From: Felis catus
Taxonomy: Eukaryota
Direction of reading: 5' to 3'
Assembly: GCF_018350175.1 (NCBI RefSeq)
Contig: NC_058368.1
Location: 195,550,001-195,614,000 of the forward strand
Length of the DNA: 64,000 nt
The notes under the pieces were generated by a model. It saw nothing but the letters and a program-made list of their open reading frames with translations. It did not search any database and had not been told where the DNA came from. Position numbers and translations under genes: made by a program. Below, in pieces: positions 22,561 to 35,600 of this stretch (positions are counted from its first letter, which is position 1; every line of letters begins with the position of its first letter).

Positions 22561-25500
22561 GAAGATCTAGGGTTGGGGACAGCTGGACGGGGGTCTAAGG
22601 ACGCGCAGGGAAGGGTGTGGCTGAGGCCAAACGGAGACTGAGGCTGCAGGAAGAGTCATATCGTCCAGCCGCTGGTGCAGCGGTTTGTGGGTGTTGTTGG
22701 AAAGAAGGCTCTGTGTGCAGACCGATGGGGGGGACTGGCTTGTTCACACCCCAGGGACCCGCCCGTCCCCTTTGGATCAGCGCTGGCCTAAAGGAGACTT
22801 GGAGCCGGGCTCTAAGGACGGAGGCCCCACCCTTCTTTCTGGTCTCCGGAAGCCCATTTTAGGCCTAACCAAAGCTCTTGGGGCTTCAGATAACTCCCAA
22901 AATACCCGCATGGGACTGAAATACCCTGAATCCAATCCCAGCTTCACCATCAACTTTCAGTGTGACCTTGAATCCGTAGCTTTCCCTCTCTGAGCCTCAA
23001 GTTCCTTTTCCAACTCCAGAGCTGATAAACTCAGACCCTCTTGGTGGAAATGATGGCCATCGTTAAAATTGATTTATTTGTCAGCTGCAAGGAATGATTG
23101 CAAGTTTGGGAAGTCTTGATTACAGGCTTGGGAAGCCTGGGCGACCCCTGTAAGCCCTGTAAGGGGAAGGGGTGGGGGTGGGGGCTTTTGCTAAGAGAAT
23201 CCAGCCTTTGCTTCCTCCCTCCCCTTCCTTTTCTCTAACCCCCCTTGGGTCTCCCTGACAATTCCAAATTTGGCCATATGGCTCCCGGGTTGGTGAAAGG
23301 ACTCTGGTTTCCTCCTTCTGCTCTTTTCCCTCACTTCCCCCACCCCACCCAAAGCACACTTTAAATTGCTAGCCCACTGACCCAGGAGGGATATCCTGTC
23401 CTGGTTGGCCCTTCCAGGTGAATGATCCATCCAGCTGCAGCTCCCACAGACCTTGCCCTTCCAGCTGGTAGGCCCTGTGCCATGCAGAGGGCACTGGCCT
23501 GGGAGTCATGGAAAACAGGGTTACAGTTCCAGGTGCTGGAGGGGTCCTTGGGCAAGGCCCTTCCCTCTCTGGGGCTTAGTTAACCATCCGTAGCAAAGGC
23601 TGCTCAACTGGCTGTCGCTTCCAGCGCTGGTGTTCTAGGATTCAACTGTTCTCGGACTTAGCATTCTGGGAGTTGGGTGGGGCCAGGGAAGGAGGCACAG
23701 GCCTGCATCCCCCTCTGCAGCTGTGACAGTCACTCATCCATCTTTCCTTGCCTTCCACCCTTTGTTCCCAAGGCACTGGCTGCTCAGATTCAGAAAATAT
23801 TTGCGGTTTCTGAGTAAGGGCCATAGCTCTTGCTGGGGCAGAATGTGGACACCAGTGTGCAAAGGAGGGGGGCTGTCCTTTGGAAGTGCGGAACCTTGCC
23901 TATTGGAGCTGACCCCTGGGACGGGGCGGGGGAGTTCTGCAGTGTTGGGAAGCTGCCAGCCTCTGGAGCATCTGCAGTGCAGCACCCAGCAGGAGCCTTG
24001 GGCCACCAGGCTCCAGCCTCGGCCCCAGCCTCTGAGTAGCTGGGGCCCTGGGCACATCTACCCTTCTGGGCGTTAGTTCCTTCCTCTGTAGAGGGGTAAG
24101 AGATGTGTCCAGGGCATCCAGCTGGTAGAATGGGTGCAGGCTGCATGACTCCTCATGTTGTATTATTCTAGGATTTTCTGGGGAGGCCCAGTGGTATCAC
24201 TTAGCCTCACCCCACCCAGCTTCTCCAAGATACTTCCTGGGTGGGGACAAAGTGCAGGATGTGGTCTGTACCCTGATTTCTGAGCATGCAAGTCCGGGTC
24301 TTGTCCTCACACCCGCCCTCCCTGCACCTCCACAACGGAGGAGACGGAGTCTTTTTTTTGGGGGGGGGGGCTGTTATGCTTATAAACTTCTTGGCTAGGC
24401 ATCCAGCCACTGCATTTCCTTTCCTCCTGGGATTGAGAAGCTCCCACAGAGACTGGCTGGGGAGAAATGACTGTCTTTGGGTTCTTTGAGCTTCAGATTG
24501 CCCTCCTGTAAAATGAGGAGGAGGTTGATACCCTCCTGAGATTATAAGACAGCAGCTGTGAGAGCGCCTTGTCAACTGCAGAGTGCTGTGCCCAGAGAAG
24601 CAAGTGCTACCCTTGTCATCTCAGAAGGGTGTGGTGCTTGAGAAGGCAGGTGACCTGAGCCTCAGGTTCCTCGTCTGTAAAACGGGTGTCCTGGTGCTTC
24701 TGAAATAATAATAAAATCGTAACCTGCATTGTTTATTGAACTCCAACTTGTCAGGCTCTGGCCGAAGCCTTGATATATTACATGCTGTTACCATGCCTAT
24801 TTTGCAGACGTGGGAAGTCAGCCCTCAGAAGTTTAGGGGAGAAATAATACTAACGGCTAACGTTGTGTTTCCTGTGTGTCAGGGCCACTTCGAGGCTCTA
24901 GATGTGTCTGTCTTCTTTCTGTCCTCGCCAACACTCCTCTGAGCTGGGCACCCTTTTTATCCTGTTTTGCATACGAGGCTAAGTACTTGCCCAAGGCCAA
25001 ACAGCTCCCAAAGTGCAGGTCAGGCTTCACTGTCAGGCAGTGGGGCTCCGGCGTCTGTCCCATTAGACACTACACATTGCTGTCTCTCACAAAAGTGACC
25101 TGAACTGGGGTTCAAACCCAGGCCCATCCAATTCTAAGCCTGGGGCAGCCCGAGGATCTCCTGGGGACTTGTCCAACCCTGAGATCAAGGGTTCTGGGTC
25201 AGGAGAGGGAGAGACACTGCTCTCTAAGAAACCCGAGTGCCTCCAGCTGGGGGGGTGTGCCCAGGCACAAGGCCAGGAATGGCATTTCCCCTGGCTTCAT
25301 CAAAGGCTTGCTCCCCGAGGACTGTGGGGCTGATCCTGGTGTCTTCCTGCAGGCTGGGGGAGGAGCCATCAGGAAAAGGGGAAGGGAAGGATATCGATTT
25401 TATAGGCCAGGGGCCTCTGAAGTCGGGTGCACACATCCTGGGGGGCGCGAAGATGATTTTCTGGGGTACAGGAAGAGACAGGCCTCTTCTTACATATGCC

Positions 25501-26449
25501 TTTAATCTCATGCTTACAAAATATATTTTTATCGTGATGAATGCTCAATTTTTTTTTGTTTGTTACTGGTAGTATATGAGATCAAAACAATTGAGGATTA
25601 CTGCACTAGATTGCCAGCTTTGTGTGGGTGGGAGACTCTTCGGTCTCAGTTTTTATTCTATCCCCATCTCCAGACAATGGACAAGCTCAGTAAATATTTT
25701 TTGAAAAATGAGCCCCTGCTTCATCACTAGTTTTCTTAGTGACATTGGGCAAATTATACTTAACCCCTCAAGTTACTTCCTCTCCTGGCTATATAATGAG
25801 GAACTAAGCACAGTTTGAAAACCACTAGCCTGGATGTCCTCTTATTGTATGATTTTTTTACCCCCAACGGGGTCACTAAGAAAGTATTGAAACAGCTCAA
25901 TGTATTTCACCCAACAATCCTTATGAGTCATACCCTATGCTAAGGGGTACAGCAAAGAAGCAGGAACGGTCATTTTTAAGAAACAGTAAAATCATGATTC
26001 AAAAGATATAAAAATGATCATGTGCCAAGATTTTATTCTACTAACTTACTAATGACTGGACAGGCAGATGTTAAAACCAGCTTGAAAGAGAATCAGTAGA
26101 CACTTTTTTTAAAAGGAATTTTCAAATGGAGGCAAACTGGTTTTTCCGGCAGAAGGAGAGGGGAATTAATTGGACCTTTATCAGATAGAATAGTATGAGG
26201 GTGTCTATAAGAATTATTTTATATTACCACCATTTACCTACAAATTACCGAGCTGTAAAATAACTCAAAGGCAGACAGGAATCAGATAACCCGGAGGGTT
26301 TGAGGTAGATTTTTTTCCTAGAATACCTTGGAGGAAAGCAACCTCCCTCTATTTGAGGAGTGGTAAATCCAAATGGTTGACCCAAGCCAGTCTAATATAG
26401 ATGATTTCTGAGTACTATGGGGGGTTCAGAGGCAAGAGAAATCCCTCCT

Positions 26450-26625
26450 GGCTTCCTGGAAGAGTTGGAAGAATCACCTAGAAAAGTTTTTAAAAATTAC
26501 CAAAGCCTACGCCTCACCCCAGAAACCAATGAGTCAGAATCTCTGGGCATTGACCTTACGCTTTGGTAAATTGGAGAAAGTCCCCAGGTGGCATTAATGA
26601 AGCCAGAATTGAAAAGCACTGGTTT
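26450..26625. mobile_element. MER5A-like DNA transposon remnant
   Basis: agaatcacct...caccccaga...tcagaatctctggg...ttgaaaagcactg. Confidence 0.55.
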
Positions 26626-26884
26626 TGATGCTAGAAGGCTGGATAGAAAATGCTGGTAGAAGGGGTTGTGTGGGCTTAGTGGGGAAGGAGTGTGGTGGTG
26701 GGTGAAGGAGAGAGAGGGGAAGACAAATCAGGAAGGATGTCGTGAGCCTTGGATGCTGAGCTAAGACGGCCTGCATTGAAAGGAGTCCCTGGGGACAAGT
26801 GGGCAAGGAGTGACCTGGCCCAAGTTAGAGTCCCCAGGCCTTAGGGGCACAGAGGTCTGGCTGAGTGTGTGACCTTCCAAGTTA

Positions 26885-27346
26885 TTTTTTTTTTTAATAT
26901 TTTTAATGTTTATTTATTTATTTTTTAAAAAATTTTTTTTCAACGTTTTTTATTTATTTTTGGGACAGAGAGAGACAGAGCATGAACGGGGGAGGGGCAG
27001 AGAGAGAGGGAGACACAGAATCGGAAACAGGCTCCAGGCTCCGAGCCATCAGCCCAGAGCCCGACGTGGGGCTCGAACCCACGGACCGTGAGATTGTGAC
27101 CTGGCTGAAGTCGGACGCTTAACCGACTGCGCCACCCAGGCGCCCCTAATGTTTATTTATTTTTGAGAGACTGAGAGAGACAGCATGAGTGGGAGAGAGA
27201 GAGAGGGGGAGACCCAGAATGTGAAGCAGGCTCCAGGCTCTGAGCTGTCAGCCCAGAGCCCGACGCAGGGCTCGAACTCACGGACCGCGAGATCGTGACC
27301 TGAGTCAAAGTCAGAGGCTCAACTGACTGAGCCACCCAGGCACCCC
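26885..27346 (-). mobile_element. Nested SINEC in SINEC (young copy 26920-27146 in the tail of an older copy)
   Basis: Inner TSD taatgtttatttattt, outer TSD ccaagttatttttt. Confidence 0.9.
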
Positions 27347-27974
27347 CCAAGTTATTTTTTGATTATTCTCACATTTACTTCCCCCCACACACCTGGTTTT
27401 ACCCCCTACGCTCAGCATTGCCACCCTCCCTGAAAGCACTCTGTCTTCCTCCAAAGTAGGCAAGACACCTTTGGAGAACAGAAATGCTTTTTTCTTACGC
27501 TGGTGTTTCTGTTCAGTCTGACATCTCCTGTCCCCTCTATCTGCTTCATTCCCTTGAAGTCCAGACTCCTGATTGTGCACATCTATCAGCCTGAACCCCT
27601 AACATGCGTCTTATAACTGTATATATGTGGCACAAATGCAACAGAAAAGGACAAGGTAAAAAAAAAATTGAGAAAGTTGTAATGTTTTTGTCCTGCACCC
27701 CACTGGCTTGTAGTGTACCCCACTTTGGAGACCACTGCTCTGCCACGGTGATCTTGATAACAGAAGCCACCACTTACTACACATTTAATGTGTTCCTGGC
27801 CATGCTGAGTATTTTACCCACCTTAGTTTATAGAATTTTCACCAAAAACCTTAGGATATTAGCATTTCCCAGATGCAGAAACTGAGTCAGAGAGAAGTGA
27901 CAGAACTTGCCCTAGGTCATGAGCTAGGAATTTTCTGGAATGTCTGGAGTTTTTTTTCCCTTTATAAATGTTGG

Positions 27975-28193
27975 TTTATTTATTTATCTATTTATTTTTT
28001 TAATGTTTATTTTTGAGAGAAAGAGGCAAAGTGTGAGCCAGAGAGGAGCAGAGAGAGAGAAGGAGACGTAGAAACCAAAGCAGGCTCCAGGCTCTGAGCT
28101 GTCAGCACAGAGCCCAACACGGGGTTTGCACTCACGAACCCGTGACCTGAGCCGAAGTGAGACGCTTAGCCGACTGAGCCACCCAGGTGCCCC
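27975..28193 (-). mobile_element. SINEC
   Basis: Reverse-complement consensus. Confidence 0.9.
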
Positions 28194-28772
28194 TGATGTG
28201 TCTGGATTTGAACTCAGGCCATGCCTGCAAAGCCTGCGTTCTTGATTACGATGCCACTCTGCTTCCACTGTAAATGTTTGGTTTTATCATAATAAAAGCT
28301 ACCATTTATTGAGACTTTATTCTGTAATAGGCACTGTGCTTAGGGCTCTTCATCTGCTATTTCATTTACTTACCAGTACTTGAAGATAAGTTTTACGTGC
28401 ATTCTGCAGATATAGAAATTGAGATTCAGTTAAGGTAGTTTACCTAAATCACACACTGGGGGTGGAGCTGTGACTCCCAGCGAGGTCCTACCTGAAAGCC
28501 CACACCTCTTGCATGATTTGGCAAGACCCTTCCCCTGTCCAGCTTGTGGTTTCCCAGGTCTTGCACTTGGGCAGTGGTAAGCCATAAGTCCTGCCAGCTC
28601 TGGTGTGTTCTCTACCCTAGAGCATTCCTCCTGGAATCAGTCTGGAGCTCCCAAAGGGGAAGGAAGGAAACTTGATTGCTTGCAGGCTAAAGGACTAAGG
28701 CAGGGGGGTAGCCAGAGCAGCAAAAAGCCACTGGGAGACTCTACCTTTGAATAGATTAAAAAAAAAAAAATT

Positions 28773-29258
28773 GGGGGGATACCTGGGTGGCTCAGTCGGT
28801 TAAGTGTCCGACTTTGGCTCAGGTCATGATCTCATGGTCTGTGAGCTCAAGCCCAGCATCGGCCTCTGTGCTCACAGACCAGAGCCTGGAGCCTGCTTCA
28901 GATTCTGTGTCTCCCTCTCTCTGCCCCTCCCCAGCTTGTGCTCTGTGTCTCTCAATAATTATTTAATTATTAAATAATAACTAATGATATTTATTATTTA
29001 TATTATATAATCACATAATTATTATCAGATAATGTTTAATAATTAAATAACAATTAAAATAATTGTTTTTTGAGAGAGAGAGGCATGCACCCACATAGCA
29101 GGGGAGGGGCAGAGAGAGAGGGAGGGAGAGAATCCCAAGCAAGCTCTGCAGTCAGCACAGAGCCTGACACAGGGCTCAACCTCACAAACTGTGCGATCAC
29201 AACCTGAGCTGAAATCAAAAGTCAGATGTTTAACTGACTGAGCCACCCAGGTGCCCAC
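28773..29258. mobile_element. Two SINECs tail-to-tail (28773-28955 +, 29064-29258 -) with an AT-rich spacer
   Basis: Heads at both outer ends, about 110 bp of almost pure A/T between them. Confidence 0.88.
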
Positions 29259-31178
29259 CCCCCGCCGCCCACCCTTGAATGGATTTCTGGAACGATCAGT
29301 CATCATGAGCCCTGTTGCATATCCAGGTCAGAAGAGGTTCAGGGTTCCTGGGAGGAGAGAGGCACAGGTCTAGAATGGCCATACCTGCCAGTCTTGTGAA
29401 GCTATTTCAACCAGGATAATAAGACTAGCATATTGGGTAGGGGGGAGGCTTAGGGATAGAGAAGAATCCTGTGACCTGGGAGAGAAGCCCCTGAGACTAA
29501 TATTCTAGATTTTGCTATGAAAATTCATGGTTGAAATCTATAAAAGCCTCTCTCATCCACTCTGGATTTTCCCAAAGAGAGAGTGATATTATCCCCATTT
29601 TACAGATGAAGAAACTGAGGTCCAGAACGGGAACCTGGCTTGTCTGAGGTTACAGACAGATTGAGAATCAGACCTAGGTCTTTTTCTTGGGCCTCTCCTA
29701 ATATCCCATTGCAGCCAGGGTCCACAGTGGTGTAAGGGCTTATGACCTGGGGCTTGGAGGCACAGATATTGGCCATTGTCTGGGCCTTGGCAAGTTACTT
29801 ACCCTCCCTGAAATGCCTTTACCTCATCTAGAAAATGAGGGGCCTGAAGTAGTGGATGGTTAAGAGCCCTCTGGGATTCTGAAATATTGTGTATAACACA
29901 TTCATTCAACCAATTTGAGAGGTACAGTCTGGGTTGCTCTGGGAGGGGTCAGAGACCCTTGTAAAGCCAAGGTAGATGGCGCCTCTGATTAGCACCAGGG
30001 CTTCCCTAAGCCCACAGAGGAGGGGCTGTTGGAGATTCAAACCCCTCCCCACCCCACAAATGGCCGTCTCAACCTCTAGTTCTGGAAGAAGTTTGCTTTT
30101 TGTGTAGACACAAGACGTGCACTCACATGAAGCACACACAGACTGCTCTCTGAGCTGAGGATATTTTCCCAAAGACTTGGAGGCCCTTCCTCTAAGCCGT
30201 CTCTCCTTGGAAAGGGCTCTCGTCCAGATGGGCCTGGGCTACAGCCAGCAGCTGAAGTTTCCAGCAACAAGGCCAAAGGAAAATGCTTCCAGACTGGAGG
30301 TGCAGGTGACAGGCCTTAGCCCTGCCTGCCTCAGCGGACTTCCCAGGCCTCTTTCTGTCCATTTCTATGCTGGCCTTGGGGATCCCTCACCCCCTGCCCA
30401 CACCATGCCCCAGGCCTGGGAAACCCCTGAGCTGGCTCCCCCGCCAGGCCCTGGGGCAGACTTGGGCCCCCCTCCCCTGGGGTGGGGGGGAGTTTCCATT
30501 TCCTGGTGAGAGTTGCATGTTTGTACAGAGGGGCCCCTGGTTGTCAGGGAAACAGCAGGGTTTCCTCAAGCTCTGCTGGGGTTGCAGACAGATCTCTGTC
30601 TTCTGCTGTTCACTCCCAGCCCCTCCTCCTGTCTGTCTGCTGACTGCAGTGTGGGGGACTCATGATCAGGCACTGGGGACACAGGCAAACATGACAAAGC
30701 CCCGTCAGAACTTCCCACCAGTGCAGTGAGTACCTGGCCTCCTGTGCTCTGCCCTTGACTTCAATTAAAATGTCTCCTCCTCCAACAGTCCTGCAAGGGA
30801 GCAAAGGGAAAGCCCCAGTTTTGTACTTGAGATGACCTTGAACTCAGAGATGAGCAATATGCTGAAGGGCACGTAGCTAATAAGTGACAATCCAGTTCTG
30901 TCCACCTGACTCCAAAACCTGTGTTCTCTCCACCGTGTCACACTGTCTCTAGTGCCCCAAGATGGGAGCAGGATTATGGACTGAGGTCAAGGGCTGACTT
31001 CCCCTAAGTTTTTGTTGTTGTTGTGTTTTGGGTTTTTCTTTTCTTTTGGTGGTGGTGGGCTACACGGAGAACGGGAAAGCACTGAGCTAAAATGCCACCC
31101 TGGTTTCCGCTCTTCTAGTTCTGCTCCTTGTAGGAGCTGATCGAGGTTATTATTCTTACTTTTAAAAAGTAACACACA

Positions 31179-31388
31179 GGGGCGCCTGGGTGGCTCAGTC
31201 GGTTGAGCATCCGACTTCAGCTCGGGTCATGATCTCATGGTTCAGGAGTTCGAGCCCCGTGTCGGGCTCTGTGCTGACAGCTCAGAGCCTGGAGCCTGCT
31301 TCGGATTCTGTGACTCCCTCTCACTCTCTGCCCCTCCCCTGCTCACCCTCTGTCTCTTTCTCAAAAATAAATAACTATAAAAAAAAAT
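31179..31388 (+). mobile_element. SINEC
   Basis: TSD aaaagtaa(c/t)acaca. Confidence 0.92.
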
Positions 31389-32649
31389 CTTCAAAAGTAA
31401 TACACAGACATGGTTTAAAAAGACCCAATCGTATGGTCCTGACTGAAACGGAACGGACTGGCCCTTCCTTCTCCTCTTGTCCCCGGAAAATTGCTTCACT
31501 TCCATCCCTGCCTTCCTGCTGAGAGTGCCCATTAGCCTGCCCGGCCCCTGTTCTTCCCATTTCCAAACCAGTTACAGCCCCTTTTTCATTTCTTTTTTAG
31601 GTAAGACATTTTTGTTCCTTATTTCTTCACTCTAGACGCTGTCTCCTACACCCCCTTTGATCAGATCATGTGTCCCATTTGTCCTATCAGCGAAAAGTCC
31701 TCAGTGCTGGTCCCCTGCCTCCACTCCCTGCTGCCACATTAGCCACAGTGGGTCCATTGACCACACTGCCCCCAGGGATCGGCATGTTTCTTGCGATCCT
31801 CTGATCACTCAGCCTAGGCTTGTACCCCGTGTCACTCTCTCCTGACCAAGTATTATCTTTTCTTCTTACTTTTTGCCATATGCATGTTATTCTTCCCCAT
31901 TATGGAGTAAGCCACAGAAAAACAGGGCTTTAAAAATCTCTTTTACGGATTGCTGTGTCATCAGTGCCTAGAGCAGTGCCTAATCAGAGTAGACGCTAAA
32001 GAAATGCTCACTGACTTCCACAGGAACGACAGCCCTTCAGATATTTGCAACAGGTGGCCCAGAGCCCTTTGAGCACTCTCATCTGTAGAACGTTAAGCCC
32101 TGGCCTCTGGAACCATTCTTGGTGACTTAGACATAGAACATGCGTGGTGCAGATAGCATGGACTCTGGAGTCTGGACTTTGTTGCATTCATCTTTAAGCT
32201 GTGTGACTTTGGGTAAATGGTGCAACCTCCCTGACTCCCCCCATCCTCCATTTCTTCCCCTGTGGAAAGGGAGAATCTGGTGCTGGGGAGGATCGCTGTG
32301 AGGGTTAAGTGGGATACCTGGGCAAGTGCCCTGCACCGCCTGGGGGAGTCGTGCGGGTCGGTGGTCGCTCCCTGTCTCCTTCTGGGTTCCAAGTCTCTTT
32401 CCCATCCTGGTGTGAGTATCTGGACACAGGCTAGTCTGTTCATTGTCTTCTGAAAAAGGCATCTGGCCCTGAAGCAGGTCAGGGGGTAATCTAACCAAAA
32501 GGGCTGGACGCAGCTGGAAAACAGTAGGGGGAGCCTGCCTTCCCTTGGGAGGAAAGATGGGTGAGGAAATTGGGGGAAAGAATGGAGGGGACCAGATCTC
32601 ACGGGTCTCTTTCTTCTCCACAGCGTTATCTGCTGCAGAACCTGATACC

Positions 32650-32667
32650 ATGGCCAAACCAGCACAG
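32650..32667 (+). CDS. ANXA6: ANXA6 exon 2 coding part (MAKPAQ); exon probably starts at 32624
   Basis: Kozak accATGG, donor CAG|gtaagg. Confidence 0.95.
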
Positions 32668-35600
32668 GTAAGGAGCCTTTCCCCTCCTGAAGCCTGTGCT
32701 CTGCCTTTCCTGGGCTTCTAGAGTCACGAGGCCCACTCTGCAGATCCCGGGTACCTTCATCTAGAAAGGAGCAGGGGAGGTTCTCAGGCTTTGCTTGCTC
32801 CTGTTACAAATCACATCCTTTTTCATTGCAAGTGACCAATGACAGCATATAACATCCTAATCAGATGTATATTGGCTTATATGACTGAAAAGCCCAGGGC
32901 TTCAGGTTGGGCTGGTTCCAGGGACCCAAATGATATTGTCAGGATTCTGCCTCCGTGAACTAGAGTTCCTCTGCATGGCGTCATTCTTGGGCGGCTCTTC
33001 CCTGATTTGGTGCTCTAGACACCAGCTGTCCTAGGCTTCCATTCTGCTTCCTGGGCAGCCTGGAGGAAACAGCCTAACTCATTCCCAGTGATTCCAGGAA
33101 AAGTCCTAGGTTTGGCTCTCGTTGGCTGGGCCAATGGTAACTTGGATTCAGATGGTAGAGTTGGTCCTACCTGAACTACATGGCTTAAGTGGTTCCCCAG
33201 GGAGATGGCTACCGGGTAGGCAAAAGCATTAGAGGGTTCTCTCTGCTCTGGAGATGGAAGTGTCCCTTGTCACGTGCACCTGGGATATCCTGGCTTGGGA
33301 GACCCCAATGTCTCATGCTGCATGACCACTTTGCTGGGCAGTAGAAGCTAAGGCGTGGTGGAGCTTTTACTCCTGGGCGTGGCCAGGATTGGGTTCAGTC
33401 CTTGGGCAGAGCTACGTGTCATTCTGTGCCACGGTTCACCTGAGAGTGACCCTTGTTGGCTAGCCTTAGAGAAGGAGATAGGGCCACTGCAATGATGATG
33501 ACCAGGAAGGGAGAACAAAACCAAGGGGGCACCTGGGGCACCTGGGTGGCTCAGCAGGTTAAGCATCTGACCCTTGATTTTGGCTCGGGTCATGATCTCA
33601 CAGTTTGTGAGTTTGAGCCCTGTGTCCGGCTCTGCATTGACAGTGCGGAGCCTGCTTGGGATGCTCTCTCTCCCTCTCTCTCTGCCCCTGCCCCACTCAA
33701 ACACACACGTGGGCGCTCTCTCTCAAAATAAATAAATGAAAACATTTAAAAAACACCCACAGGGGACACCTGACTTGGCCCCTTTTGCTCCTCACTTCAG
33801 TCACAGAGCTGCTGGCCATAGACCTAATACAGGAGCTGTGTGATCTTGGGGGAGTTCTGACTCTCTCTGGGCCTCCCAGTGAACAAGGGCCTTAAGGGTA
33901 CCTATTCTTAAGGATATCTTCACAATTTTTGAAGAGCACAGTGTATCATGTGATATAGGATCCATACTCAAAAAAGTCCTAGCTGTGACCTCCCTATCAG
34001 CCTCTGAGGAGTGCACTTGCACAAGTGGTCTCTCTGACCAGGAAGAGAAAGTGTTAGTGGTTATGGGCAGAGGTCCAAGGCATAACTTGTTGTTCCCCAT
34101 TTCCCGTATGTAGTCATGCCGGAGCTGTTTCTTGGGAGGCATTCAAACTGCAGGGTTCTGTGTGACCCAAGTGGACTGCGCAGATCCTGGGAGGTCAGAG
34201 GGGCCAGGACCTAGGGCACGGAACTTTGGAATCCTGTTCCAGTGCTGCCAGGCCACGCTTCTGCCTGGCTACGCTTCTGCCTGGCTGACCTGTGGTTTCT
34301 TGTTGCCATGGACCAAGGGGCAGTAGACAGTCTGCAAACAAGAGTCAATGGGTGGCAGGGCCTTAGAGGTCCCTCATCCCGTGAGATGAGCTGTTATCCC
34401 CCATTCATGGCACTCATGCTCTAGTGGAGGCATAAAGGAGCTCTGTGGGCACGCAGGTTGGGGAAACTGGGAAAGGTGCCTGGAGAGAGCTACTGGGTAG
34501 GAGCAAGGGGGCTGATGTGCTCCAGAGGGAGGGGACAGTGGAACAGAAGGCCAGAGAGAAGTTGATGTAGGGTGTGCAGAGCAGCAACAGTAATTTGGCA
34601 CGCTTGGGGTGCAAGGGTTTGGGGAGGGAGAAGGTTGCCGAAGACAGTACCAGAAGGTCTGAGAAACCCTGCACACACGTGCACAGAACCAGCCGCTCAC
34701 TCTTTTATCTGGTCCAGATCACCCCCAGTGTTAATTGTGCTATTCTCCCAGTGTTTCCTTCTAGAAGTGGTGAACTTGAGGCCCAAAGATGTGAAGAAAT
34801 AGCGTGGTGTCAGAAAGGCCCGGATGCATGGCTCTGTGGCATCCATTTCACAGGGATGTTCTGGGTTTGAACTCGATGATGGGGGATGAGAACACTGAGG
34901 GCGGGGCAAAAGGGGCAGGTGCCGGTACCTGGAACTCTAGCAGCTGCAGAGATGAGGCCTGGGTCAGGTCTGGTCAAGGCTGCTCTGAGGTGGAGTCCTG
35001 GCCGGGCAGCCATCTCTCCGGGTGACATCAGCTCTGCTCCCGAGAGGCCTCAGGCTCCTACTCTAGCAGCAGTTGGGGTGGGTCCCGAGACCTCAGAGCC
35101 CCAGGGTCCAGGCTGCTCACCAGCTGGCATCAGGACCTGCTGAATATTTCAGGGTGGAAAGTCCCTTCTCTGTTCTCCCCTCCCCTTGGCCATGGGTGCT
35201 GGAGGCCAGGAACCTGTCTGCACGAGGAGTGACAGGCCATCTGGGTGAGGTGGAGAAGAGGGGACAGGTACACAGATGGCACCTAGAGATGCAGAATTCT
35301 TCAGGTTGGCGTGAGGATGACCGATGGTGGGAAACCAGGCCTGGGTGATTTGAAGGACTGTCTCCTGCTTCTAAATGGGACCAGTGCTAGGGCCCCCCAT
35401 CATGTCCCCCTCTTCTAGTGGCTGTGATCCTGAGGGACCCTCCTGGGATAACTAAACTGGCCGCTGTCCCCTGGAAGAGTTTATTTCCTTGTGCAAAGAC
35501 ATACATGGGAAACTGGCCTTGCTCCTCACCAAGCCTGTCTTGAAGGGAACATTTTTTTTTTTTTAAACGTTTATTTATTTTTGAGACAGAGAGAGACAGA

